A stretch of 63,461 nucleotides of DNA, filler included, from Octopus bimaculoides (GCF_001194135.2; 5 parts of 5 records of this genome joined end to end with filler, not necessarily neighbours in it); one strand, 5' to 3'; shown: positions 11,041-23,519, numbered from the whole stretch's first letter. Numbers and translations: made by a program. The notes: generated by a model from the letters alone, not told the origin.

Positions 11041-12191
11041 ATCATGTGGGTGTTAATCTGAAAAATTACAGAAATATGAAAAGTACCGACACTGCCATCT
11101 ATTATAACTTTTGTTGTTCTGTTTAATATATACATAGATTATGCCTCCAAAGAAGAGAGTTTGCTGGGGAAAGAAAGCGATCGGTTTAAAATGACAGCAA
11201 CAGACTGCAGCAATTCACCACATTCCAGTAGCTACTTTGAACATAATGCAAAATGGTGCATCAACATCTGCCCAATCTGATAGAATTCTGGCAAAACTGT
11301 GTAGCAACAGATCGCCAGCAATTGCTTCATCAGAAATTGCCGTCCTAGCTCCTGCGAAAAGGGATTACCCTGCTATGTATAATCAAGGCAGCGCAAAAAG
11401 TTGTTTTGCACAAGCATTTGTATAGCCAATTAGACGGATGAAATTTACGTACGCTTAATAATGTTACGCAAAACAGCCTTCAGACTTTCCCTATTAATTT
11501 CATCGTCTTTTGAATTATGAACATATTTACATCATAAGGGTTTTTTCATCGTAGATGGCATAATAAGTCACACCTGGACAAGGTCCGGTTATACTGCTAG
11601 TATATATATAAATGAAAGATCCAGGTATTGAGGTTAGCTTCAAGCAATCCATAGTAAATATTAAAAAAAACAAGTTTCAGGGACAATAGTGGTTTATTGA
11701 GAGGGATGGTTGTGGACTTTTTTCCTATCGGAGAATGATAAGCTGAAAAAGATTCTTTTTATATTCCATGGAAGGTGACCAGGGTTTCCCGGTATGCAAA
11801 TAAGAATACAAGAGTTATGTAATGGAGTAGGAAAGATCTGGGCTGCACAAGTTTCATAGCAAGTGGAACCTCAGAAGTGGTAAAATCCAAGTGCGGTGTA
11901 TACCACCAGCTACTCTTCAGGCTAAAGATATCTTGGTTAGATTAAAAGTTACATTGTCACAAGGAGGTACATGTTGACGCAAGGAAGATTCAATCAGAAA
12001 GTACAGTATGGGAGGAGTATATAAATGTAGGGAGAAATAAGTATTAGAAGAAGGGAAGAAAGAAGAATGTAACCTTTAATCTAACCTAGATATTCTTGGC
12101 CTGAAGGGTAGCTGAGGTTCCGCTCGCTATGAAACATATATAGCCTAGTTCTTTCCTACTCCATTCCATAACTCTTGCATATATATATATA

Positions 12192-12590
12192 TTCTTTTAT
12201 TCTTTTATTTGTTTCAGTCATTTGACTACAGCCATTCTGGAGCACCACCTTTAGTTGAGCAAATCAACCCCAGAAATTATTCTTTGTAAGCCTAGTACTT
12301 ATTCTATCGGTCTCTTTTGCCGAACCATTAAGTTACAGGGACCTAAACACACGAGCATCAGTTGTCAAGCGATGTTGGGGGACAAACACAGACACATAAA
12401 CACACGCACACACACACACACACACACGATGGGCTTCTTTCAGTTTCCGTCTATCAAATCCACTCACAAGGCTTTTGTCGGCCTGAGGTTATAATAGAAG
12501 ACACTTTCCCAAGGCGCCATGCAGTGGGACTGAACCTGAAACCATGTGGTTGGTGAGCAAGCTACTTACCACACAGCCACTCCTGTGCCT
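12192..12590 (-). mobile_element. tRNA-derived SINE with CORE-like segment (abundant family)
   Basis: Minus-strand head AGGCACAGGAGTGGCTGTGTGGTAAG...GGTTCAGTCCC, CCTTGGGAAAGTGTCTT, tail TGACTGAAACAA. Paralogues at 14464, 18890, 23035, 34265, 40110 and 59325. Confidence 0.9.
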
Positions 12591-13199
12591 ATATATACAT
12601 AAAATGTAATAAAAACGCAATAGAGGACAATAAAACATTTGAACAGATAGACGATACAAAGACAGANNNNNNNNNNNNNNNNNNNNNNNNNNNNNNNNNN
12701 NNNNNNNNNNNNNNNNNNNNNNNNNNNNNNNNNNNNNNNNNNNNNNNNNNNNNNNNNNNNNNNNNNNNNNNNNNNNNNNNNNNNNNNNNNNNNNNNNNNN
12801 NNNNNNNNNNNNNNNNNNNNNNNNNNNNNNNNNNNNNNNNNNNNNNNNNNNNNNNNNNNNNNNNNNNNNNNNNNNNNNNNNNNNNNNNNNNNNNNNNNNN
12901 NNNNNNNNNNNNNNNNNNNNNNNNNNNNNNNNNNNNNNNNNNNNNNNNNNNNNNNNNNNNNNNNNNNNNNNNNNNNNNNNNNNNNNNNNNNNNNNNNNNN
13001 NNNNNNNNNNNNNNNNNNNNNNNNNNNNNNNNNNNNNNNNNNNNNNNNNNNNNNNNNNNNNNNNNNNNNNNNNNNNNNNNNNNNNNNNNNNNNNNNNNNN
13101 NNNNNNNNNNNNNNNNNNNNNNNNNNNNNNNNNNNNNNNNNNNNNNNNNNNNNNNNNNNNNATGGGGCAAAAACTTTTTAGGTAAAGTGGGTTTATGCT

Positions 13200-14310
13200 G
13201 GCTTTTAAAGTGTTATGACAATTTTATCACAGAATTGACTGTTTTACACCTTTACAGTATAAAGATCTACAACTTTTACAGATATATTTTATAGGAGAAA
13301 CTGCCAAGCAAAAGATTAGAACTTCTTTTAAAACTCCAAGGAATTTCATAATATCAGCAAACTGTTAGGGATGGGACAATTACTAAAGAGGTGTCATCTC
13401 ATTATTTAGGATGAGTTCACAATGGCCATCAAAAAGTCTTTGGAAACATTGAATTGAAGCTTTCATGATTTAAGAATTTATGAAGTATTAATGGGTGGTG
13501 TTATTCTTGTACTACAAAGAGACTTTTGCTAGACTTTGCATGTAATTGCAAAGGGCACTAAAGCAAGCAAGTAAATAGCTTACTTGAAGTTATCTTATTT
13601 GTGGAAAAAAATTAACAAGAATATGCCTAAGAATATGAGAGCCACTCTTTTGGGGCTGAAGTATTTGCTCAAAATACTTGAGAAAGTAGGGTACCTCTTG
13701 ATTGTTTAGATACATCAAATTAGTACATCAATTTCATCACTTGGTGAAATAACAAGTGTTTTTCTAAATTTTCAGGATCACTAACAAAATCATACTCAAA
13801 TGAACAGACAATACTTGTACTAAAAAATATCACAATCAACAGTTTAAATAAAGTTATTGGATCACATTTCAGGAAATATATAGTGCTATAAATCTGCAGA
13901 TCCAGTTCCAGATCCTGCAAAGGCTGTCAACTATCCAGTTGAATTTTTAATACTTTGAAATCTCCAGGACTTCCACCACATAGTCATTTATTAAAAGCAA
14001 GGGATACCATCATTCTACTCTGAAAGCTTGATCAACCTCAACTATATAATGGAGTTGTTTTACACCTAGAATACACCTTATATATATAAATAACTTTCAT
14101 ATACAAAAAGCTACAGTTTCCAGTAATAATCAGCTTTGTTATGTCTTTAAACATATCACATGGACTAACTTTATCTGTTGATGGACTACAACATTGTTTT
14201 GCTCATGGGCAACTGTATGATGCATGTACAAAGAGCTGGAAGACCATGCAGTCTTTTTATTCATGCTCCGCTTGAAAAAACACATGGCATTGTTTACAGG
14301 AAGTTCTAGA
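13200..14310 (+). mobile_element. Decayed Helitron RepHel PIF1-helicase C-terminal region
   Basis: LMGGVILVLQRDF..TL, NYPVEF..TLKSPGLPPH, LDQPQLYNG, QFPVIISFVMSLNISHG, CFAHGQLYDACTRAG. Confidence 0.85.
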
Positions 14311-14463
14311 TTTACATTAACTAGTACACAAGTGTAACAAACAACACAATTAAAATGTAACAGGCGACAAAATGGGAGACCTACAAATAAAAAGAAAAAA
14401 AAAATGAGAGAAAAGAAAGGAAGTAGAGAGAAAAGAGGGAGAGAAAAAGAAAAAGAGAAAGTT

Positions 14464-14800
14464 AGGCACAGGCATGGCTGTGTGGTAAGACGTTTGCTTC
14501 CCAACCACATAGTTATCTACTATAGCTTCGAGCTGACCAAAGCCTTGTGAATGGATTTAGTAGACAGAAACTGAAAGAAGCCCATTGTATATATACATAT
14601 GTATATATCTATGCGTATGTGTCTGTGTTTGTCCCCCCACTCCACCACTTTAAACCAGTGTTGGTGTGTTTATGTTCCCATAACTTAGTAGTTTGGCAAA
14701 AGTTGTTTGACTAAAACCCTTCAAGGTGATGCCCCAGCATGGCCACAGTCAAATGACTGAAACAAGTAAAAGATAAAAAACAAAAGATGAAAGATGAAAT
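14464..14800 (+). mobile_element. tRNA/CORE-like SINE with internal deletion
   Basis: Reverse complement of the 12192-12590 family. Confidence 0.85.
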
Positions 14801-14909
14801 ATGTATATAACATGGCAAAACAGTGTTGTATGGTTTAGCACCTGAATAACACCAGGTAAACCAGATGAACCTCATATATATATATATATATATATATAAA
14901 GAATAAAAT

Positions 14910-15236
14910 GTTTTGAATGGTACAACAATGCACTATAATACAAAAAATGGACTAGATACCTGTTGTAATTTAGTTATCTCTAGTCCGATGATATTTTGGA
15001 ATACAATTCCTTCTTCAATTCTTTCCTTTTACGGAAGCGTCTCAGTACTACAGTAGTACTGAGATACTTCCGAAAAAAGAAGAGCCGTTGTAAAACAGAT
15101 TATAGTAGCGACTCCATCTAAGAATATTTGAAGAAGGAATTGTATTCTGAAATATCATCAGACTATGGATAACTAAATTACAATAGGTATATAGTCCATT
15201 TTTTGTATTATAGTGCATTGTTGTACCATTCAAAAC
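14910..15236. mobile_element. Foldback/MITE-like long palindrome
   Basis: GTTTTGAATGGTACAACAATGCACTATAATACAAAAAATGGAC... is mirrored at 15236. Central hairpin TCTCAGTACTA-CAG-TAGTACTGAGA at 15040-15064. Confidence 0.8.
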
Positions 15237-15288
15237 TTTTTCTTCTTTACAAACAATACACAATGCTTCAAGCGAACTACAATACTCT

Positions 15289-15333
<45 letters not shown>

Positions 15334-15360
15334 AAAAAATGTGAGACATAAAATAGCTTA

Positions 15361-15530
15361 CAAGGGGATGCTGAAAAGTTCTTGGCTTTGGGTAAAAGAA
15401 AATAGAGGAGGATCAGTTGATTATGATTTTAGCCAACATATTCTCCTCTCAGATTCACACACTTATTGCAGTGAGCCTTCAGTTTTACTAAGCCCTGTAA
15501 AAGAACTCAGAAGGTTGGGCTTCCAACCAG
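15361..15530 (+). mobile_element. Mariner-like terminal fragment
   Basis: TA|CAAGGGGATGCTGAAAAGTT, a TIR similar to that at 5699. Confidence 0.6.
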
Positions 15531-16142
15531 GCCTGTCGTGTACCCAAAGAGGCTGGTATTGGCTTGCATCAGCAAGATTTGTGTATGTGTGTGTTGTGTG
15601 TGTGTGTGTGTGTGTGTGTGACGTGTGTGCATGTATGACAACAAAATGTACATTTGTATTTACCAACCAAAATACCTCGTATTGAAGGGGGTAAAGATGT
15701 GAATCAACAGTGGCATGGCCTTGTATTTAGGTGTAAGTTTGTAGACCCTGTTTTAAATCTAAAAGAAATGAAACCATACTAACAAGTTTCTCAACAGATC
15801 AGAACCACCTAGACTGTTGTCTCACATCCTCAAACTGAAGAAAAGATACTCAATTATTCTTTGGCAGAACTTAGATGCACCACATTGATGCAAAGGTACA
15901 TGTTTGGTCTGCCTGCTGTGCAAATATTTTTGGCAAAGTCTTGGATAAACACCCCACATATTTTTGATATATTTTATGTCTTTATTTTTCAAAAATTTCT
16001 TTGGTTTTCTATTTTTTTAAACATCAGAGATTTCAATTCTGCAAATAAAATGTTTTTGAAAATTACAAGTTTGAAACTACAATAGCTTTTAGATTATCAA
16101 ATTTTTTTCTGGGAGTATCTACTTTTGAAATTCTACACAAAA

Positions 16143-16300
16143 AATAGGGTTTGGGTCAGGGGTCGGGGTTAGGATTTAGTATCAGGGCTTAGTATTAGGG
16201 TTTAGGTTTTAGATATAAGATTAAGGTTGAAATCTTAAGTGAGGGTCTAAGAGTAAGTGCTTAAGATGAAGTTTCATAGTTAGAGTTTCAGGTTAGAGTT
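16143..16300 (+). repeat. Highly degenerate TTAGGG-like tract
   Basis: TAGGGTTTGGGTCAGGGGTCGGGGTTAGGATTTAG...TTAGGGTTTAGG. Confidence 0.55.
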
Positions 16301-16419
16301 AAAATAAATTGCTGCCATCACTGTTGCTACTGTTGTGAATGCTAGACACCACCTCAACTTCATAGACCATGGCCTTGGAGATGCATCAACTACCCTCTGG
16401 GCACTCATTTTTAACCCTA

Positions 16420-17270
16420 CATGAACATCGTGTCTCTGTGAAGGGTTTAGATGTGTTTACTAAAACCTTTTAACACTGGGCACACAGTTGAAAGAGCCCC
16501 TTAAGATGTCTCTTAAACGATCATCTGTACCTGTGGGATTGTGTGAAGTGCTTGTTCACTAATCTAAGGAATATCCTTTCCTCTCAGGTTTTGATGTTGA
16601 GTGAGAAGGGTGGGGAAAACCAAATGACTTTTACATTGGTGCTTCCTTTTGTGGGTGTTAGGTCCTGGTATAATGGAGATGTGGTCCTTAAACCTACTGG
16701 CTGTCAGAGCCCCATTATAAAAGAGGGCTGTGGTGTCAAAAATCTCTTTATTAGAGAACAGGTTCAAAATATTCTGACACCTTTCACTAGCTTCTTGAAC
16801 ATGATAAGTGGGTGACAGGATGCTGTGTTAATGTACAACAACCTTTCATTTGGTTTGTAGTAGGGCCTGTATGAATAGGTACCCAGGTCTAGCATAACAT
16901 CTAAACAGTTAACAATGGTAAGACTGATCTCAATTGTATCATGCAAGTTAGGTTTTTTAAGGTGTACACATTAGCCCATCTAGGGTATAGTCATTAGTAC
17001 CTCTAGAAATGGCTAAAGTATCTCCTCTGTATAAACCAAAAAGTACTGACAGGAATCTCTTCATTAACATGTCCAGTATATATAATTGTATGAAGTTGCA
17101 TATATCTGTACTGTGAAATGCTCCCATCCCCACATCAAAGGAGCACACTGGGTCAGTTTGTTTGACCCAGGTTGAACCTTTGTTGAACTGCAGCATTTTC
17201 CTAGTGTGCATAATTACAACTATATCACCATCACTAATGTCAGAAAAATTCCCGGTGTACATAAGTGCCT
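16420..17270 (-). mobile_element. Penelope-like element RT remnant
   Basis: FDVGMGAFHSTDIC...LYIL...GLYRGD, then NCLDVMLDL...YRPYYKPNE..LYINTASCHP. Confidence 0.85.
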
Positions 17271-17824
17271 TAATTAGTAACCCTTTCGATATAGACAGAT
17301 AAAAATCTATATCAAATTATGTGCAATAGAGTGAAGTTCTAGAGTAACTTAGTATATATTTTTGGATGAAGGACTAAATAAATGTGATTGATATATGACA
17401 AATTCTCTTAATTACTATCATACAGACTTGACTGTACTTAGCAAGGTAGTTAACACTAAGTTAACTATAATTTTTCATGCTGATAGCATCTAAGAGCAAT
17501 TTAGTCTTTTGATATTTCTAGGTGTCTTTATCAAACCAGTGTACATTTATGTTCATTTACTTTGCAGCTTTGCTATCACCACTTTGGCAAGTAAAGTGTA
17601 ATCCATAACAGCCAGAAACTGTGTGGCTTACTGGCACAAAATTTTTCATGCATGGACAGGAAGGGTGGCATCATCTCCTACCTAAAGGATTTTGCCCATG
17701 CAGCATTAGTTTTTATTGGAAAAAAATAAAGTCAGATACTTTTAGAATACACCTTGTACATATTATGGCAGAGCAAGTACTACAAATTACAGACTATCTC
17801 TCTGACCTCACATATTAACAAGGT

Positions 17825-18030
17825 CATGGAATGCATTGTCAGAAGGAGGCTGATCACATTCCTAGAAGAAAATAAGTTACTCACAAACATACATCATGAT
17901 TCCTGTCCTGGGAAGTGCTACCTTACATAGAATTTTTACTGGGTGCTGAAACAACAGCTCAGCTACTCAAATATGGATGTGATGTATCTCAACTTTGCCA
18001 AGACCTTCAACAAAGTTGATCATAGGATAT
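17825..18030 (+). mobile_element. CR1-type LINE RT fragment
   Basis: LITFLEENKLL...HHDSCPGKCYLT...DVMYLNFAKTFNKVDH. Confidence 0.75.
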
Positions 18031-18549
18031 GTTAAAAAGTATATATGTGGTAGCAGGGGTTCTTTATGTCTTATGACTGTGTTAGTAGGTAATGTGTGTA
18101 TGCATTCAGAACTGTATTTCTGTATGAGGAAATGCATGCATATATATGCTTTTTTATATTACATACATACATGTGTTATACATCACAATTTATATTCATT
18201 ATTGTCAGCATTTTTGTTAGTATCATTAATTCATTTTATTATTATTGTCATTTTGACATTCTACTTATTGTTATACATGTTTACCTTTACAATTGTTTGT
18301 TTTGTTTATCATCATCATCACAATCATCATCACTATAATTACAGTAATCTTAAGATATGTTTCATATACACTACTTAATTCTGTATACATTATTTACATT
18401 ATTTACACTTGATGGATATTTGTCCTCACCTTGTTTGTTGTTAACAAATGTAAATAATGTACATAATTCCTCATCTCTTAAATATAGAACTGTATTAATC
18501 CTGTAATTACTACCACACGCGCGAGCGCGCGCACACACACACACACACA

Positions 18550-18770
18550 TTTGTTATGGCCAGTCAGAGAATGACCATTAAATAGAGGCTCCTAGAACAA
18601 CCAGGACTATACCTTAATGGGAGCAAATGGTGTAAGCTTTGCTTGGCTGAGAGAGCTAGAATCCTGAAAAACACACTTGGTCCAGAGACCTTCTTAAATA
18701 CCCCAAAAAAGAATTTAGTCATGCCCTCATGAGAGGAAATTCATATTAGAAACATGGAACTTTCCATTTG
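18550..18770 (+). mobile_element. Penelope-like GIY-YIG C-terminal remnant
   Basis: YLNGSKWCKLCLAERARIL...LLN resembles the C-x2-C tail of Penelope endonucleases. Confidence 0.6.
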
Positions 18771-18889
18771 CCAACTAGGGAAAAGCAGCCAATTATAGAC
18801 TAGCCTATCATAGACACAACTGGAACTCATCTAAGGAAGATAACACCAACTTGCCCTAATTTTTGCAGTAGAACTTTGTTCTGGAGTTC

Positions 18890-19227
18890 TTTACTCATTT
18901 ACTTGTTTCAGTCATTTGACTGCAGCCATGCTGGAGCACTGCCTTTAGTCGAGCAAATCAACCCCAGGACTTATTCTTTGTAAGCCTAGTACTTATTCTA
19001 TCAGTCTCTTTTTGCCGAACCGCTAAGTTACAGGGATGTAAACACACCAGCATCAGTCATCAAGTGATGGTGGGGTGGGGGGGACAAACACAGACACACA
19101 TACATATAATACATATATATGCGACAGGTTTCTTTCAGTTTCCGTCTACCAAATCCACTCACAAGGCTTTGGTCGGCCCGAGGTTATAGTAGAAGACACT
19201 TGCCCAAGGTGCCACGCAGTGGGACTG
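18890..19227 (-). mobile_element. tRNA/CORE-like SINE lacking its head, abutting a LINE fragment
   Basis: Same body as 12192-12590; similarity stops at GGGACTG (19227). Confidence 0.88.
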
Positions 19228-20010
19228 TTCACCTTTGTAGCAGTTGACTATGATGCTACTACACCAGTCATTGGGTATGACTCCTTCATGAACCACCTGA
19301 TTTACAGTATGGGTGATTCCAGATGGGCCAGGGGCTTTCTCTGTCTTCATATCCTTAATTGTTTTATCTACCAGGGTACTGTCAATTTGAGTAGCTGGTT
19401 CCTTAACTGGGTCACCATTTGGCCAACTCTCCTCCTCCCATTCATTCTCCACATTCAGCAGTCTTTTATAATGGCATCTCCAAGCCTCTTTCTTTGCAAA
19501 ATCATTAAAAGCAAGTGTGTCATCATCCATGTGGACACATTTCTCTCCTGTGACATCACAATTTTCTTCCTCACACTGTCTTGCAGTCCAAAATAATTCA
19601 GTTCTTTGGTCCTCACAATGCTGAACATAGGCAAACTTCTTTTCTGCTTCTCCCTTGGCTAGATATACCTGTCTCCTAGCTTTTTTTCTGGCCATAAGAT
19701 ACAGTTCCCTGCTGCTGCCCTCACTCTTCTATGTCTTTCTTTGCTCTAATGGCCATGTCTACAGTATTGTTCCACCACCATGTTATCCTAGGTCCGGAAG
19801 GGACTCTGCACCAGCCACAGATTTGGTCTGTGGAACTCAGCAAGCTGTCTTGCAGGAATTCCCAGTTGCCCTCTATGTCACAAGTTTGTAGCTCCTCCTC
19901 CCTCTCATCAAATTTCTCAATTAGGATGTCCCTAAATCTCTGATCATATGAAAGGTCCTTAAGCTTCCAAATCCTTCTTTTCCAGATTGGCCTGCTTCTT
20001 GGCATCCTTC
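19228..20010 (-). mobile_element. RTE-type LINE fragment (region between EN and RT)
   Basis: TWWWNNTVDMAI, KEAWRCHYKRLLNVENEW, MKTEKAPGPSGIT, IPNDWCSSIIVNCYKG. Confidence 0.85.
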
Positions 20011-20860
20011 TGGCCTGGAGTCTAAAGTCACTAATGACTCAAACTGTGGGATCTGAAGTTTTACTGATCACCAGACTGGTTGCCATTGTATAGTATCTAA
20101 GATTCCACTATTTCTGTCAGAGTAAAAAATTAATATGATAACAGCTCTGGGTTCAAAGACCCACACATTTTCAATACACAGTGAAATAGCCACAGAAATC
20201 TATGAAGTGTACATGTGAATGTGTTCAAACAACATTTAGATATATTCTTTATCTAATACACTAAATAAACCTACATTATGACAAAATGCACAATGAAGGG
20301 TAGTTCATAAACGTAAAAACACACGCACACAAAAAGACCTTCTGGAATTTTAAACAAGGATTTTCAAGGGTCTCCTCACAGTTCATGTAATCTATTTAAA
20401 TCTCATCCCTTCACATTGCTTCAGCTTTTCATCATCATCTTTTCGCCTTTTCAGTTTTTTCCCAATTTTTACAAATTTTTTCATTGTTTCATTTTTTCAT
20501 CATTTTCCATCATTTTTCTATTGTGTTGTTTGTCAATTTTCACTTTTAGCTTTTTGTTTCTCCATCACTAATTGCTAATCGCTCAATTGTCATTTTCCTC
20601 TACCTGTCCATTCCAACTGACACTTCACTTTACTTCCCCACCTTTCACCTTTCCAGTCTCCCCTACGAATGGCATTACCTTGTCTCTCTGTACTAGACCA
20701 CAACTATGTTGCCTGAGATATACCAACACATTATCCTAAAGAACACCTTTTGGGACTATCCAACACTAGAATCTGTCACTATACAAAATTAATTTATGAC
20801 TGTCTAGCTTTTACATATTTTTTTAAAGCCATTTAGAAAAATTAGTTTGTAAGTAAACTC

Positions 20861-21650
20861 TGTTGTGGCAGACACCCCCAAGTGAGAAGTGGGGTGTTCC
20901 ACTACTGTTAAATAGTGGACAGACACATCAAGCAGTGTCAGTTGGTGAGGTAAGCCATACAGGCCAGTCACACCAACAACGAAATTACATTGTCATAATG
21001 TGGGAACATCAGTGGCAATGAGGAATCGAACTACATGCTGTGGCAGATAAGATTAACACAGAACTGAACTACACACAGTAAAAAATAATATATACACAGT
21101 GAAAAATAGATAAATTCTATTGAAAATAGATTCTGAAGAAAAAAATGTCTGATAAAACTGGAACTCTAATACAGAACTGAACTATACACAGTGGAAAATA
21201 ATATAAATCCATTTGTAGGATTTTAGTCAGGTCACTATGTGTTAGTTGCACTACCGGTAAACAATGTAGATTAGTACTACCTATGGCATTCTGAAGAGAA
21301 AGATAATTCTGTGTGGAAGAAAAAAAAAAAAATAATAAGTCTGTGTGAAGGATTTCAGTCAGGTCGCTATGTGTTAATGCTACCGGTAAACAATGTAGAC
21401 TGGTACTACCTGCAGCATTCTGAAGAGAAAAATAATTCTGTGTGGAAGAAAAAGAAATGAAAAAAATAATGCTGTATGAAAGAAGAAAAAAGATTTCAAA
21501 GGTGAGGAGGTGTTGTGGCAGACACCCCCAAGTGAGAAGTGGACTGTTCCACTGCTGTTGAATAGTGGACAGACACAAAAGCAGTGTCAGTCAGTGAGTT
21601 ACGCCATAGGAGCCTGTCATGCAGATGTCATCATAATGTGGGACATATCA
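20861..21650 (+). mobile_element. TRIM-like miniature LTR retroelement (Gypsy-derived)
   Basis: About 150-bp direct repeats starting TGTTG at 20861 and 21511. PBS-like TGGCAATGAGGA at 21013-21024. Purine tract AAAGGTGAGGAGG directly before the 3' repeat. Confidence 0.78.
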
Positions 21651-21899
21651 CTCTTCCTCACATACACACATTCTTTCATATACTTACATATAAGGGAGTG
21701 TAAATAACTTTATACATTTATATTCTAAGTCTATGAACAATGGAAATCCACTACAACATTGAATGACTAGATTTTGTTTACATAGGTCAAAATATTTTTT
21801 TTTAACTATACTTATCTAATCACACATATCCAGTTAGCTAATAATATATGTCATCAATATAGAAGATATATTTTCTTATCTGTCATCTAAGATTAATAC

Positions 21900-22225
21900 T
21901 GGCACTCCATCGATTATGATGACTGGGGTTCCAGTTGATTTGATCAATGGAACAGCCTGCTTGTGAAATTAACAAGCAAGTGGTTGAGTACTCCATGGTC
22001 ATATGTGCCATTAACGTAGTTCTCAGGGAGATTCAGCATGACACAGTGTGTGACAAGGTTGGTCCTTTGAAATACAGGTACTACTCATTTTTGCCAACTG
22101 AGTGGACTGGAGCAATGTGAAATAAAGTGTCTTGCTCAAGGATACACTGCGTCGCTAGGAATTGAACTCATGACCTTACGATTGTAAGCTGAATACCCTA
22201 ACGACTAAGCCATTTGCCTTCACTA
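21900..22225 (-). mobile_element. tRNA-derived SINE with a TAAGATTAAT TSD-like flank
   Basis: Tail related to the 10028 SINE. TAAGATTAAT occurs on both sides (about 21888 and 22231). Confidence 0.85.
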
Positions 22226-23034
22226 TTAATTAAGATTAATATGCATGTTGATACTTGGGAATGAATACTTCTTCAACTTTGGACCACAGAGATACACACA
22301 ACTGCATAATGACCAGAATTTGTTTACACAGGTCTAGATAGTTTCATAAAACTATATTTATCTATACATACATCCCCAGTTAGCTAATAATATATGTAAG
22401 CTATATGGTACTTACTTACAAGCTGAGCAAAAGGTGTACGTATGCCACTATATGTATATATGAATAAAAAGAAAACGGAATAAGAATGTTACAGACGACA
22501 ATAAAAACATACAGAGAGAAAGATGATAGAAAGATGGATAGGAAAAACCAGGACGGAACATTCCTGGCTTTCTTTCATCACTCAAACTTCTAATCATCAT
22601 TACAGTTTCAGCCTGTTACATAAACATTTTTTCCCATCTTTCATCTGAGATTAATATGCATTTGATATTTGGCAACAAGTACTCCTACAACCTTGCACTA
22701 CAGGGATTCATAAAATTGCATAGACATGGTGGCAATTAGAAAATTTCACAGCAGAGATGTTCATCAGAAAGATTAAGTAGAAATAAGACAGATATGAATG
22801 CAAAACACTAAAATAAGCAATTGCATAAATAGAGTTTTAAATAGTAATATTACCAAACTATGTCTAAGTCTATGAGCAATAGAAATATTACCAAACTACA
22901 AAAATAAGAATTTTAGCATGTTTAAACCATTTTCTCTTATTCATCACTTTGTATAAACTCTACAGCTACAAGGACATATATATGTATGTGCATGTGTATG
23001 TTGGGGTATGTGTATGTAAGTATAGACATATATT

Positions 23035-23420
23035 CTTTTACTTATTTCAGTCATTTGACTGCAGCCATACTGGAGTACTGCCTTCAAGGGTTTTAGTCAA
23101 ACAAATCAACCCCAGGACTTTTTTTTAAGCCTAGTACTTATTCTATCTGTCTCTTTTGCTGAAGTGCTAAGTTACTGGGACGTAAACACACCAGCACTAA
23201 TTATCAAGTGGTAATGGGGGGATACATATGTGTGTGTGTGTGTGTGTGTGTGTATGATAGGCTTCTTTCAATTTCCATCTACCGAGTCTACCCCAAAGGC
23301 TTTGGTCGGCCTGAGGCTATAATAGAAGAGACTTGCCCAAGGTGTCACACAGTGGGACTGAATGCAGAATCATGTGGTTGGAAAGCAAGCTTCTTACCAC
23401 ACACACAGCCACACTTGTGC
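23035..23420 (-). mobile_element. tRNA/CORE-like SINE
   Basis: Homologous to 12192-12590. Confidence 0.88.
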
Positions 23421-23519
23421 CTAAATATATATGTATTATAATACATATAATACATATTTATATGTATTATTTATTTAACATCCATTTGTCATGTGTTTAT
23501 ATATATATATGTATATACA

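Larger units (their letters stand above)
9325..11600 (+). mobile_element. Non-autonomous Helitron (copy 2) with nested SINEs, CT minisatellite and telomere-like array
   Basis: A|TCTATTATAATAAA at the 5' end. CACCTGGACAAGGTCCGGT hairpin plus ATACTGCTAG|T at the 3' end. A|T insertion with no TSD. Confidence 0.88.

Noticed and set aside
16420-18770. Hammerhead ribozymes expected in Penelope-like LTRs
   Set aside because: I found no CTGATGA...GAAA core with supporting stems by eye.
20861-21650. Repeat-spacer pattern as a CRISPR array
   Set aside because: Eukaryotic context, only two copies of each block, and an LTR/PBS/PPT organisation explains it.
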